Below are positions 19,753 to 29,298 of a DNA stretch of 64,000 bases, piece by piece. The notes beneath the pieces are model-generated. The model searched no databases, was not told the origin of the DNA, and worked only from the letters and a program-made list of their open reading frames with translations. Position 1 is the first letter of the stretch; every line of letters starts with the position of its first letter. The stretch is from Spirochaetota bacterium (GTDB lineage: Bacteria > Spirochaetota > UBA4802 > JAFGDQ01): positions 96,001 through 160,000 of the forward strand of contig JAZDKB010000018.1 of assembly GCA_043803405.1 (NCBI GenBank), read 5' to 3'. The translations under genes and the position numbers were made by a program.

Positions 19753-21060
19753 ATGCATTCTTCATTTAAAGTAATTATATTTATTAGTTTATTGTTTGCT
19801 GCTTTATTTTCGGATTTTCTATTTGCGGATTCCATTGACGATGCTTTAAAGGGCGATTTTTCAAAACAGGAAACAATAAAGATAAGATTTGAAGTAAACA
19901 AAAGGCTGTTTTCGTACGAAGCAGGAAAATTCAAACTTGAGAATGTAAAAAAGAACAGGGATAAAATACGAGCCATTACGGACAGGATCATTCCATGGGC
20001 AATTATGGAGCGCTTAACTCCGCCCGAGGTTGCGCGGATAATCGTGTACATGTACCATGCTGACGAAGCAGGTGCAGCATATCTTGATGCTGAGGATCTG
20101 ATCCCTCTGGTCGCACAGCGCGATATTCCGTTAAAGGATTTCGTATTGATGGTGCAGTATAATAAAGAAACAAAGATTGCCGGTATTCCGGAAGCTATAC
20201 GCGATGCTTTTTTAGGATATACATTCTCACAGGGCTGGGACGGGGTATCAATATTTGCAGGCGGCCGCGGGCTAATCCTCGCTAAAATGAACGGGCTTGA
20301 TATAAACAAAACTGCGTCTTTGCTTGTTAAAAAGCTGCCTGCTAAGGGCGCTAAAGCAGACGTTGCCTCCATCGTAGCTGTGATTGAAAGTATCATAGGC
20401 GAGTCGATAAAAGAGAAAAACGCAAAGGTTATGATGGATAATCTGGCAAGTTCACAGAAGTCCTTTTCAGGAACAGAGAACTCGCCGCAGGGGCTTAAAA
20501 CCATTGTACAAAAATCATCCGGAAGCGATTCTGCCGTGAATGCGGCAAAAAAAGTAAGCATTCCCGAACAGACTGTTAAAAACGACCTTATTGATAAAGA
20601 AGCAGGAATTATTGTGTACGATAAATCCCCGGGTACTGGGAACGAAAACTGGCAGATTTTAAAGATAAATAATTATTACGAGAGTATAAGGCCGTGGCTG
20701 GGAACACCGTATAAATACGGATGCAAAACAGGAAAGCCGGGCATAGACTGCTCCGGGTTTACCAGGGCTGTGCTTGTAAACAGGAAGGTCGGCGTGCCGC
20801 CGGACATGATAGGGTACAGTTCTGCAGATCAGTGTAAAACCGGTTCAGCTGTGAGCAGAAAAAATTTACGCGCAGGCGACCTTGTGTTCTTTTCCGCTTC
20901 ACCTGACCAGAAAAAAATAACGCATGTCGGCCTGGCGACATCGGGCGGGCAGTTTGCGCACGCGAGCACCAAAGGCGTTGTGCACGACGATCTCGGTAAA
21001 AAGTGGTGGGCACAGAGGCTTGTGGCATCAAGGCGCATATTTGCGGAAGTGAAGAAATAA
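19753..21060 (+). CDS. Exported NlpC/P60 (C40) peptidase with large N-terminal domain
   Basis: Signal peptide; WLGTPYKYG, GIDCSGF, GDLVFF, THVG, HAS. Confidence 0.9.
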   Translation: MHSSFKVIIFISLLFAALFSDFLFADSIDDALKGDFSKQETIKIRFEVNKRLFSYEAGKFKLENVKKNRDKIRAITDRIIPWAIMERLTPPEVARIIVYMYHADEAGAAYLDAEDLIPLVAQRDIPLKDFVLMVQYNKETKIAGIPEAIRDAFLGYTFSQGWDGVSIFAGGRGLILAKMNGLDINKTASLLVKKLPAKGAKADVASIVAVIESIIGESIKEKNAKVMMDNLASSQKSFSGTENSPQGLKTIVQKSSGSDSAVNAAKKVSIPEQTVKNDLIDKEAGIIVYDKSPGTGNENWQILKINNYYESIRPWLGTPYKYGCKTGKPGIDCSGFTRAVLVNRKVGVPPDMIGYSSADQCKTGSAVSRKNLRAGDLVFFSASPDQKKITHVGLATSGGQFAHASTKGVVHDDLGKKWWAQRLVASRRIFAEVKK

Positions 21061-21134
21061 AAAAAATTTTTTGGAAAAGCTGATAGGCTGCTTACTAAGA
21101 AAACTGAATAATCACGAAATTTATTAATTTTCTA

Positions 21135-21163
21135 TTGACAAATTTAAACTATATAAATTTAAT
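21135..21163 (+). promoter_or_regulatory. Sigma70-like promoter
   Basis: TTGACA-17 nt-TTTAAT. Confidence 0.55.
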
Positions 21164-21236
21164 TCCTTTTATAAACATACTAATTTTTAAAGCTGATAAC
21201 GCATTATTTTTCAATAATTGATTCCTTCTGTTTATC

Positions 21237-21453
21237 AGCATTCCAATAGTGGATTAACATATTGCCGCAATGGCTTAGAGACACTGAGGCATCCTGGCCG
21301 GTTAAAGACGCGACAGCCTGTTGCATCGCCGGATAGTACATTCCGTACTTTACCTGTTACCTTACCCATTCTCTTTGATAAAAAAGAGAAGACCTACGGG
21401 AAGACTTTACAGGGGGATAAATGTGTTAGTCCATACCTATGCTCTAATGTCTC
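21237..21453 (+). ncRNA. Candidate structured RNA (unknown family)
   Basis: 14-bp closing stem 21250-21263/21420-21433 with two G.U pairs, enclosing several internal hairpins. Confidence 0.5.
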
Positions 21454-21528
21454 CAAACCCAAGCAGCAAATAAAAATAATTTAATTTTAAAAGACGCGTA
21501 CTATATTTATTAAGGCGCTTTGTGTTAT

Positions 21529-21634
21529 GTAGGGGCGAATGTTGAGATAAATGTTGATGCACGATATCTTGCAGGGGTGTTGCATCACGTTTGGGCGTTG
21601 TACCACGTAGGGGCACGGCATGCCGTGCCCCTAC
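21529..21634 (+). repeat. 18-nt half-REP tandem ending in a perfect REP (21607-21634)
   Basis: Units at 21553, 21571, 21589, then GTAGGGGCACGGCATGCCGTGCCCCTAC. Confidence 0.85.
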
Positions 21635-21662
21635 AAAAGATAAAAATTTTGGATAAAATTAC

Positions 21663-22404
21663 ATGTCATTCGGGATATTCAGCAAAGAATATGGATATAT
21701 AAACAGGCGTTCGATTCGTTTAGAAGGGATTTGATTATACGCAGTCGGTCGGGTGCAAACGGACATCCTTGTCCGCACCCGACACTAAGGCCTCCTGCCT
21801 GTCGGGTGCGTATTTCATTACAATATGCGCGTATAACAGGGAATGTCTATTTGGAAATATTATGAATAACGAAATGCAGTTAAACGAATACGGTAAGATC
21901 GCAGAAAAATACTGGAGAGAGATACAGCGTCATTTCCCGTATGTTGAATTGAAAGAATATGCAGTAATGCCGAACCATGTGCACGGAATCATTACGATTG
22001 TGGATAATAATGAAATTGAGATAGACCGTAGGGACACAGCACAAAATGACATGGCATTGTGTATGGGCGTTGAATCATGTATGGGTGTTGTATTATGTAG
22101 GGATATGGCAATTTGTAGGGGCACGGCATGCCGTGCCCCTACGGCAGACAATACAGAACAATTCGGGAAACCTGTTTCGGGATCAATTGCAACAATCATT
22201 CGTTCATTTAAATCTGCAGTTACCAGAAAAATCAATGAAGCATTTATTTTAAAAAACAAACCAATATGGCAGCGTAATTATTACGAACACATTATACGCA
22301 ATGAAAAAGAATTAAACAATATTTGCGGATATATAATCAATAACCCTGCAAAATGGGAACAGGATGAGAATAACCCGGAAAACATTATCGCGAACAAATC
22401 GTAA
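21663..22404 (+). pseudogene. REP-associated tyrosine transposase (RAYT, IS200/Y1), frameshifted
   Basis: RRSIRL|KGFDY (+1 nt near 21723), YFITIC, VMPNHVHGII (HUH), WQRNYYEHIIR, YIINNP; REPs flanking and inside. Confidence 0.9.
22061..22142 (+). repeat. In-frame 18-nt half-REP tandem + REP inside RAYT
   Basis: Units at 22061, 22079, 22097; REP 22115-22142. Confidence 0.85.
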
Positions 22405-22411
22405 AGAAAAA

Positions 22412-22493
22412 ATAGGGGTACGGCGTCACGTATGGGCATTGTACCATGTAGGGGCACGGTGTTATGTAGGGGCACGGCATGCCGTGCCCCTAC
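22412..22493 (+). repeat. 18-nt half-REP tandem + REP downstream of RAYT
   Basis: Units at 22412, 22430, 22448; REP 22466-22493. Confidence 0.85.
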
Positions 22494-22552
22494 AACAGAC
22501 AATACGTTATTATATATAAAATTTATAAAAAAAACCAAGGAGGTCGTTTCTT

Positions 22553-25500
22553 ATGAAACCCATCATCCGTTTGTTTCTTTCAGCAGTATTTTCAGTTTGT
22601 TTGCTTTTTGGTTTTAGCAATAATTTGAAAGCAAACGTTGGCCCGGACGGCTCGTTCAATTACAGCGTTCCTATTGAGCTGCCGCAGGGCACAGCAGGCT
22701 GCGCGCCGCAACTTGCCCTGGTTTACAATTCGAACGCAGGCAACGGCATGCTTGGACAGGGCTGGGACCTCGCAGGCCTTGGCGCAATTACGCGCGACAC
22801 TACGCACCCGATCAATTATAACGGCAGCGACTATTTTGTAGGCCCTGGCGGTAGGCTTGTGCTAATCACAACCGGCAGTTTATCTGGGGATTATCACTAC
22901 GAAAACGAAAGCTTTTGCCGAATTGAACTTAACGGAACTATCGGTGAATCCGGCAGCTACTGGCTGGAAACCAAACCTGATGGTACAAAGTACTATTACG
23001 GCTCTACAAGCGATTCAAAGATCGCTGCAATAGGCAAAGGTAATCAATTACGCGCGTGGGCGCTTTCGAAAGTTGAAGATCTTCACGGGAATTATTATTC
23101 TATCGAATACTCGCAGGATACCTCCGGTGAGTATTATCCAACTAAGATAACATACACAGAAAATCTTGGATTCCCAATCAGCGACGACCGAAGTGTGGAA
23201 TTCGGTTACCAGAACAGAAGCGATTATTACCCTAGCTATGCGTTCGGTTGCTCTGTGCAAACACAAAAACGTTTGCAGTACATTTATGTTAAGCTCGATG
23301 GTACAACATCGCGTACTTATACACTCTACTATGACAATGGCGGGACAGTAGGTGGAACCAGGCTTACAAGCGTTGCAGACAGCGGAAGCGCGGATGGAGA
23401 ATTGGATCTCACGTGGGAGCAAAGCAATGGTGATGGAACATTTGATATAAGCAACCCAGCTATAATGTCTGGATCAGTTAACCTCAGTAGTGCATGGATA
23501 AATCCAGCAAGTTCAAAGATAATTACTGCAGACTTTAACGGTGATGGTAAAACAGATTTTCTAATTAAAAACAGTGCCTGGAGCAGTAATCCTATTTTTT
23601 TATCAAAAGGTGATGGAACATTTGATATAAGCAACCCAGCTATAATGTCTGGATCAGTTAATCTCAGTAGTGCATGGGTAAATCCGGATAGTTCTGAACT
23701 AATTACTGCAGATTTTAACGGTGATGGTAAAACAGATTTTCTAATTAAAAACAGTGCCTGGAGCAGTAATCCTATTTTTTTATCAAAAGGTGATGGAACA
23801 TTTGATATAACCAACCCATCTATATTTTGTGAGTCAAGTAATGCAAGTAGTTGGTTAAATTCGCCCGGAACACAAATAATAACAGGAGATTTTAACGGCG
23901 ACGGAAAAACTGACTTTATACTATATAATAGTACCAGCGGTTATAATTGGGCAACAAATCCCATTTTTTTATCTAATGGAAATGGTACATTTACGGTAAC
24001 CAACCCATCTATATTTTGTGAGTCAACTAATGCAAGTAGTTGGTTAAATTCGCCCGGAACACAAATAATAACAGGAGATTTTAACGGCGACGGAAAAACT
24101 GACTTTATACTTCAAAATATTAGTCTCAATTGGCCGACCACACCTATATTTTTATCTAATAGCAAGTCATCACTTCTTACATCTATCCAGCCTCCTCTCG
24201 GCACCACAACGACCATTGATTACAAGCCTGCCCCTCAGTTTGCAGACACAATTACTATTGACGATAGTGTTTTTGGCCAGGATAAAGCAGTTGATCCGAC
24301 GACCTCAAGCGGTCAGTACATAGCAAACAGTAGCCCGCGAAATCTTGTTGCGAGCGTAACAACGACCGATGGCAGAACAGGAGGCGGGAGCTATACGACA
24401 AGCTACTCGTATGACAACGGTAAAATATACACAGGGTACCCGTATCAGCGGAAAGACCTGTTCTTTGAATGCGTAACAGAACGCACAGGCACAGGGCCTT
24501 ACACAAAGACCTATTATAAAATTAACGACCAGAACCTTGCAGGAAAAATAGACAAAGTAGAAGGTTATGACCAGAACAATAACCTGATGAAGAAGACACA
24601 GTACGCGTATACTTACTCAACACCGAATACTGGAATAACATGGGTACGGCCTACAAGCATAACAGAAAATACTTATGAAACGGGTGCAGCAAACCTGGTT
24701 TTCACAAGAACAACGACCTTTGATAGTTATGACATTTACGGCAACGCGAAGCAGGTAACAGAAAGCGCAAGCGGGTTAAACAATATTATAACACAGACAA
24801 CATACTCGACAGACTCGGCTGCAATAAACGCATGGATAATTTCAAGGCCAATCGAAATTAAACAATACAGGGACTCTACTAGCGGCGCAGTGTTAAAATG
24901 GCAACAATTCACATATAATGCGAATAATGAACTGGAAACAAAAAAAGACTGGGCAGGAGGCTCAAAGTGGATAATTACCAGCTTTACTTACGACAGCTGG
25001 GGCAATGTGGCAAGCATAACAGCGCCGAACGCTATTGGAACAACAAGCACAACATACATATTCTATGACGCCAATTACCAGACATTCCCTGAAAGAGTAG
25101 TAAATTACAAGGGCGGAGTTGCTTATGAAATACAGACGCACTACAATCCCGCAAACGGAAACAAACTGTATGTAACAGATTTTAACGGAAATACAACAAA
25201 CTATATTTACGATAATTTCGGCAGGCTTACGGATATAATAGAACCTGGAGTTGGCTGGACAAAGAAGATGTCGTACCAGAACTGGGGCAACCCGAACACA
25301 CAGTATGTTGAAACACAGATGCGCGACAGCTCAACCGAAGGCTATTACTTTGAGCGCGAGTATTTCGACGGCTTAAAGCGCAAATACAAGACAGTTGCAG
25401 AAGGATACGAAAGTTTCAATAAAATAACGACTTATGAATACGATCCTCTCGGCAGGTTGTATAAGCAGTCGAATCCGTACATGGAAGGGTGCGGCGATAG

Positions 25501-28276
25501 TACAAAATATTATACAACTTTTGAGTACGATGCAGCAGGGCGCATTAGTAAAAAGATATATCCTGACGGCGCGTACGACACAATTTCATATCCTTTTGAA
25601 ACCGGCACAAACAGGCAGGTTGTTAAGCTTGTGGATAGAAAAAACAGCACACATTACAGCAGGTATGATTCGCGCAGCAAACTGCGCAACAGAACGGATA
25701 CAGGCATTGCTTATATGAGTTACAGTTACGACACGCTTGGTCGCTTAATAACGACAAGCGGCAGTGATGGAAAGCTGACAACTATTGCCTATGACACACT
25801 AGGCAGAAAGACATCAATAATTGACCCGAACACAGGCACAACCTCGTACACATATTCAGACAGCGGGCATGTGCAAACACAGACAGACGCGCGCGGTATA
25901 ACGCTTACATACGGCTATGACGAGCTAAACAGGCTTATAAGCGAATCTTCTTCGGACGGCACAGTAAGCACGCAGTATTACTTTGATATGAGCGTAGTGC
26001 CTAACTCGAAGGGAAGGCTTTCAAAGGTTGCGGACAATTCCGGAGAAACAATATTCTCTTATGACGAAAGGGGCAATGTTACAGGCTACATAAAGAGCAT
26101 AGACGACAATCACGACGGCATAATGGATCAGGATTTTGCTGTTGCAATGCAGTACGACTGGCAGAAACGCGTTTCAGCTTTAACGTATCCGGACCCGGAT
26201 CACACAGTTGTAAGAAACCATTACGCGGACGCAGGCTACTTAAAGGCAGTGACTGACATTAATGACAACGCGTACGTTCAATATGCACGCGAATCATGCT
26301 CCATAAATTCTATACAGAGGCGCACAGGCAATGGAGTGATAACCACAATAGGGTATAATCCTGCGAACTTAAGGCCTGTTTCAATTAAAACAGTGCATGG
26401 AACCAGCACTCTGGAAGATTTAACATATACACACGACAATATCGGGAACATAACCAATATAACTGACAATTATCCTACTGATCCCCAGGATTACAGTATT
26501 AATGATACTGAAACATTTACTTATGATAATATTAACCGCTTAACAAAAGCTGTTTCTGCAGGGCTTTACGGAACAGCAAATTATGCGTTTAGCGCGAACG
26601 GCAACCTTACAAGCAAGGAAGGCCTTGGGTTAACTTACGGCGACAGTGCGCACCCGTATGCAGTAACAAGCTACGACGGCAAAAGCTATGGCTACGACGC
26701 TGCAGGGAACATGACATCGCGCATAGGCAAAACACTTGTTTACGACGCAAAGAACCGCCTTATTGAAATAAAGAGCGGAACAGGCACAACAGAAGAAAAA
26801 TACACGTACGATTATGCGGGCTTTAGAGTCAAGAAAGAGTTTGCGGACGGAACAAAGGTTTACAATGTGAACGGGCTCCACGAGCTAAGGATTGTGCCAG
26901 GCCAGGCAGCAATGAGCTACACAAATTATATTTACGGCATGAGCGGCGACCTTGTTGCACAGATAGCAGGCACAACAACCACGGGTGCAAGCATTTACCC
27001 GATTGCAAAGGATATGTATAACTGGAAAGACCTGAAAGGGCTGTTCCTTAAGCTCCACGCAGCAGCAAACGCGTTTGTAGAAAACCCGAAAAACATAAGG
27101 GCTTTGAACATAGCCTTTATGATGCTTGCTGTTCTGGGATGCCTGTGCATATTTATTTACACAGTATTTTTCAGAAAGAGACACACAATACTTATACCGC
27201 GCTGGATGGCTCACGCAATACCAATGCTGCTTATAGTGTTCTTTGCAAGCTTTGGGTTTACAGGCTGCTTTGAGCTGTTCCCGAACGGAGTTGTTGAGGG
27301 CGTATACTACTTCCATCCGAATCATAACGGATCAGTAAAGATGATCACAAAAACCGAAAACGATGTGTTTACAATAGTTGCGCGTTACAAGTACAAACCA
27401 TACGGGGAAATGCTCTCAGACAAGTCGTCGGGATCGGAAGTGTCGAAGTACAAGTACACATCGCAGGAGGAAGACAACAGCACAAGCTTGTATTACTATA
27501 ATGCGCGCTACTATGACCCGGCTTGCGGGCGCTTTATTACAGCTGACTCGATAGTACCGAATTTGGAAAATACTCAGGATTTTAACAGATATATGTATGT
27601 GAGAGGGAATCCTGTTAATAATAATGACCCAAGTGGACATGCTACAGATGTACCTGAAATAGATAACGAGCTAAATACTGATGAAGGTCATACTAATAAA
27701 GGGACAGTAACTTTTAACAGTGATGGTCATGAAGAAACAGTTTTCGGTATTCATAGTAAACCTAGTAGAAGTAAACATAAGTATCATAATGATAACAAGT
27801 TTTTGACTTGGGATTGGGGCGAAACTATAGGACATCATATATGGGAATCAGGTAAATATTGGGGAGGAAAAATATCATATGCGATACTTGGTGAAGATTC
27901 AGCATTAATGGAATTTTGTGATAGAACATGGGGACATCCAGTAGCTGTTTTACATGATAACTGGTTAGCAAACTATGATAAATGGACTGGGCATAAGGTA
28001 TTGCACTGGGCTAGAACAGATACAAAATTTGGCCAGGTTGTATATCTTATTTTTTTTATAGGTTCAATGTATTATGCTTACTATGCTGGAACAATAATAG
28101 CAGCATACAATGCAGCAGCCTGGATGGTTAATAAAGCGTATAGTTTTGGTCGTAATCATATAAATAGTGGTATAAGTAGTATTATAAATACTATGAGTTG
28201 GAGTTGTCGTCCTGTCACTGGAACTATGAAAATTTATGAGAAGGCAAAAAAATTAAAAAAGAAATTACATTTATAA
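22553..28276 (+). CDS. Exported SpvB/TcB-like + FG-GAP + RHS/YD-repeat protein with C-terminal extension
   Basis: Signal peptide; YSVPIELP..PQLALVYNS..GQGWDL; four DFNGDGKTDF repeats; YD repeats; LYYYNARYYDP..GRF; NPVNNNDPSGH core end. Confidence 0.93.
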   Translation: MKPIIRLFLSAVFSVCLLFGFSNNLKANVGPDGSFNYSVPIELPQGTAGCAPQLALVYNSNAGNGMLGQGWDLAGLGAITRDTTHPINYNGSDYFVGPGGRLVLITTGSLSGDYHYENESFCRIELNGTIGESGSYWLETKPDGTKYYYGSTSDSKIAAIGKGNQLRAWALSKVEDLHGNYYSIEYSQDTSGEYYPTKITYTENLGFPISDDRSVEFGYQNRSDYYPSYAFGCSVQTQKRLQYIYVKLDGTTSRTYTLYYDNGGTVGGTRLTSVADSGSADGELDLTWEQSNGDGTFDISNPAIMSGSVNLSSAWINPASSKIITADFNGDGKTDFLIKNSAWSSNPIFLSKGDGTFDISNPAIMSGSVNLSSAWVNPDSSELITADFNGDGKTDFLIKNSAWSSNPIFLSKGDGTFDITNPSIFCESSNASSWLNSPGTQIITGDFNGDGKTDFILYNSTSGYNWATNPIFLSNGNGTFTVTNPSIFCESTNASSWLNSPGTQIITGDFNGDGKTDFILQNISLNWPTTPIFLSNSKSSLLTSIQPPLGTTTTIDYKPAPQFADTITIDDSVFGQDKAVDPTTSSGQYIANSSPRNLVASVTTTDGRTGGGSYTTSYSYDNGKIYTGYPYQRKDLFFECVTERTGTGPYTKTYYKINDQNLAGKIDKVEGYDQNNNLMKKTQYAYTYSTPNTGITWVRPTSITENTYETGAANLVFTRTTTFDSYDIYGNAKQVTESASGLNNIITQTTYSTDSAAINAWIISRPIEIKQYRDSTSGAVLKWQQFTYNANNELETKKDWAGGSKWIITSFTYDSWGNVASITAPNAIGTTSTTYIFYDANYQTFPERVVNYKGGVAYEIQTHYNPANGNKLYVTDFNGNTTNYIYDNFGRLTDIIEPGVGWTKKMSYQNWGNPNTQYVETQMRDSSTEGYYFEREYFDGLKRKYKTVAEGYESFNKITTYEYDPLGRLYKQSNPYMEGCGDSTKYYTTFEYDAAGRISKKIYPDGAYDTISYPFETGTNRQVVKLVDRKNSTHYSRYDSRSKLRNRTDTGIAYMSYSYDTLGRLITTSGSDGKLTTIAYDTLGRKTSIIDPNTGTTSYTYSDSGHVQTQTDARGITLTYGYDELNRLISESSSDGTVSTQYYFDMSVVPNSKGRLSKVADNSGETIFSYDERGNVTGYIKSIDDNHDGIMDQDFAVAMQYDWQKRVSALTYPDPDHTVVRNHYADAGYLKAVTDINDNAYVQYARESCSINSIQRRTGNGVITTIGYNPANLRPVSIKTVHGTSTLEDLTYTHDNIGNITNITDNYPTDPQDYSINDTETFTYDNINRLTKAVSAGLYGTANYAFSANGNLTSKEGLGLTYGDSAHPYAVTSYDGKSYGYDAAGNMTSRIGKTLVYDAKNRLIEIKSGTGTTEEKYTYDYAGFRVKKEFADGTKVYNVNGLHELRIVPGQAAMSYTNYIYGMSGDLVAQIAGTTTTGASIYPIAKDMYNWKDLKGLFLKLHAAANAFVENPKNIRALNIAFMMLAVLGCLCIFIYTVFFRKRHTILIPRWMAHAIPMLLIVFFASFGFTGCFELFPNGVVEGVYYFHPNHNGSVKMITKTENDVFTIVARYKYKPYGEMLSDKSSGSEVSKYKYTSQEEDNSTSLYYYNARYYDPACGRFITADSIVPNLENTQDFNRYMYVRGNPVNNNDPSGHATDVPEIDNELNTDEGHTNKGTVTFNSDGHEETVFGIHSKPSRSKHKYHNDNKFLTWDWGETIGHHIWESGKYWGGKISYAILGEDSALMEFCDRTWGHPVAVLHDNWLANYDKWTGHKVLHWARTDTKFGQVVYLIFFIGSMYYAYYAGTIIAAYNAAAWMVNKAYSFGRNHINSGISSIINTMSWSCRPVTGTMKIYEKAKKLKKKLHL
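23429..24160 (+). repeat. Intragenic tandem FG-GAP repeats (2 x 180 nt, 2 x 189 nt)
   Basis: Near-identical DNA units starting 23429/23609 and 23808/23997. Confidence 0.9.
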
Positions 28277-28381
28277 TAGATTAATGTATTAATCTTCCAA
28301 TATCAGTAGTATCTTACAGTTTACTTGAAAGCTTAGCATCAGAGAAAAGCTGTTTTTACAAACACAGCACACAAGGGCGAT

Positions 28382-28740
28382 CCCCTCGGCCGCGGAACGC
28401 GGCCACCCCTTTCGGCCTTCGGCCACTTTCCCCTTAATAAGGGGAAAGCAACTGTGCTGATAGGGCGATGTGTATGCAATGACGTGTTTTTCTTCCCTTG
28501 CCCCTTGAAAAGGGGAAAGGGACTGAGGGTTAGGGGTTATTGGAAAGGGGTCGGAGGATAGGGGTTTTTGAAAAGGGACAGAGGGATGTGAGTTCTTAAG
28601 TGAAGAGGTTCGGTGATAGACTTGTTTAAATTTTGTGAGTCAGGTTTCGATACTGAGAGAATACTATTTTCTCCCCTTACAAAGGGGAAGATGTCGCGCG
28701 CAGTCCCGAGCTTGACGAGGGAAAGCGACAGAAGGGGTTA
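28382..28740. repeat. Cluster of CCCCTT..AAGGGG palindromes and a decaying 28-nt tandem upstream of DUF559
   Basis: Hairpins at 28382-28448, ~28500-28515, ~28673-28690; G-rich 28-nt units at 28514, 28542, 28570. Confidence 0.75.
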
Positions 28741-28741
28741 A

Positions 28742-29179
28742 ATGACCAAAGTCTTCAATCGCTCATCCGAACTCGAAAAACGGCGCGCGCTAAGAACCAG
28801 TGCTACAGAAGCAGAAAAAAAGATATGGACAAAACTGAGAACACGAAACATAAAAGGCTGTAAATTCAGAAGACAGTACAGCATAGGACCTTACATAGCA
28901 GACTTCTTTTGCCCGCAGGCAAAGCTCGCAGTAGAGATCGATGGGAATGTGCACAATAGCAGCGATGCGCTGGAATACGACAAAGCAAGAGATGAGTTTA
29001 TAAAATCAGCCGGGATACTAGTTCTGCGATTTACAAACAGCGAAGTAGAAAATAATCCGGAAAATGTTGTTAAAGAAATAACAAAAGCAATAGAAGATAA
29101 TATTACTCCCAGTGCGAATCCTCACTGTGGAACTGCTAAGGCCGAAGGTACAAAGCCGGATGCGGAAAATGGCCAATAG
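28742..29179 (+). CDS. DUF559 (Vsr-like) endonuclease domain protein
   Basis: KFRRQYSIGPYIADFFC..LAVEIDG..H..D..RD..VLRFTN. Confidence 0.92.
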   Translation: MTKVFNRSSELEKRRALRTSATEAEKKIWTKLRTRNIKGCKFRRQYSIGPYIADFFCPQAKLAVEIDGNVHNSSDALEYDKARDEFIKSAGILVLRFTNSEVENNPENVVKEITKAIEDNITPSANPHCGTAKAEGTKPDAENGQ

Positions 29180-29207
29180 GCCAGAAGGGATTCTATACAA
29201 ATAGCTG

Positions 29208-29296
29208 GGAGATATAATATAAATTTTTCAGCATAGATAGTTCCCCCTTTAAAAGGGGGAACGGCCGCAAAGCGGCCGAGGGGGTGTAAGCAGCAA
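29208..29296 (+). repeat. ~85-bp direct repeat containing double hairpin (copy at 31583-31669)
   Basis: TTTTTCAGCA..GTTCCCCCTT..AAGGGGGAACGGCCGCAAAGCGGCCGAGGGGGTGTAAG in both. Confidence 0.9.
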
Positions 29297-29298
29297 AG

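Noticed and set aside
19737..20561. Long antisense ORFs (also 17346-17840, 54909-55508, 60006-60506, 61148-61720)
   Set aside because: Lie opposite well-supported genes and have no recognisable motifs.
21237..21453. 6S RNA, known riboswitch, or the 88-aa ORF 21218-21484
   Set aside because: Multibranch rather than rod-shaped; no aptamer consensus recognised; the ORF has a weak start and no motif.
21529..22493. CRISPR array
   Set aside because: 18-nt period, degenerate units, REP-derived, no cas genes.
21520..22617. Small VGARHAVPL / CRGTACRAP ORFs
   Set aside because: Translations of the REP palindrome, not independent genes.
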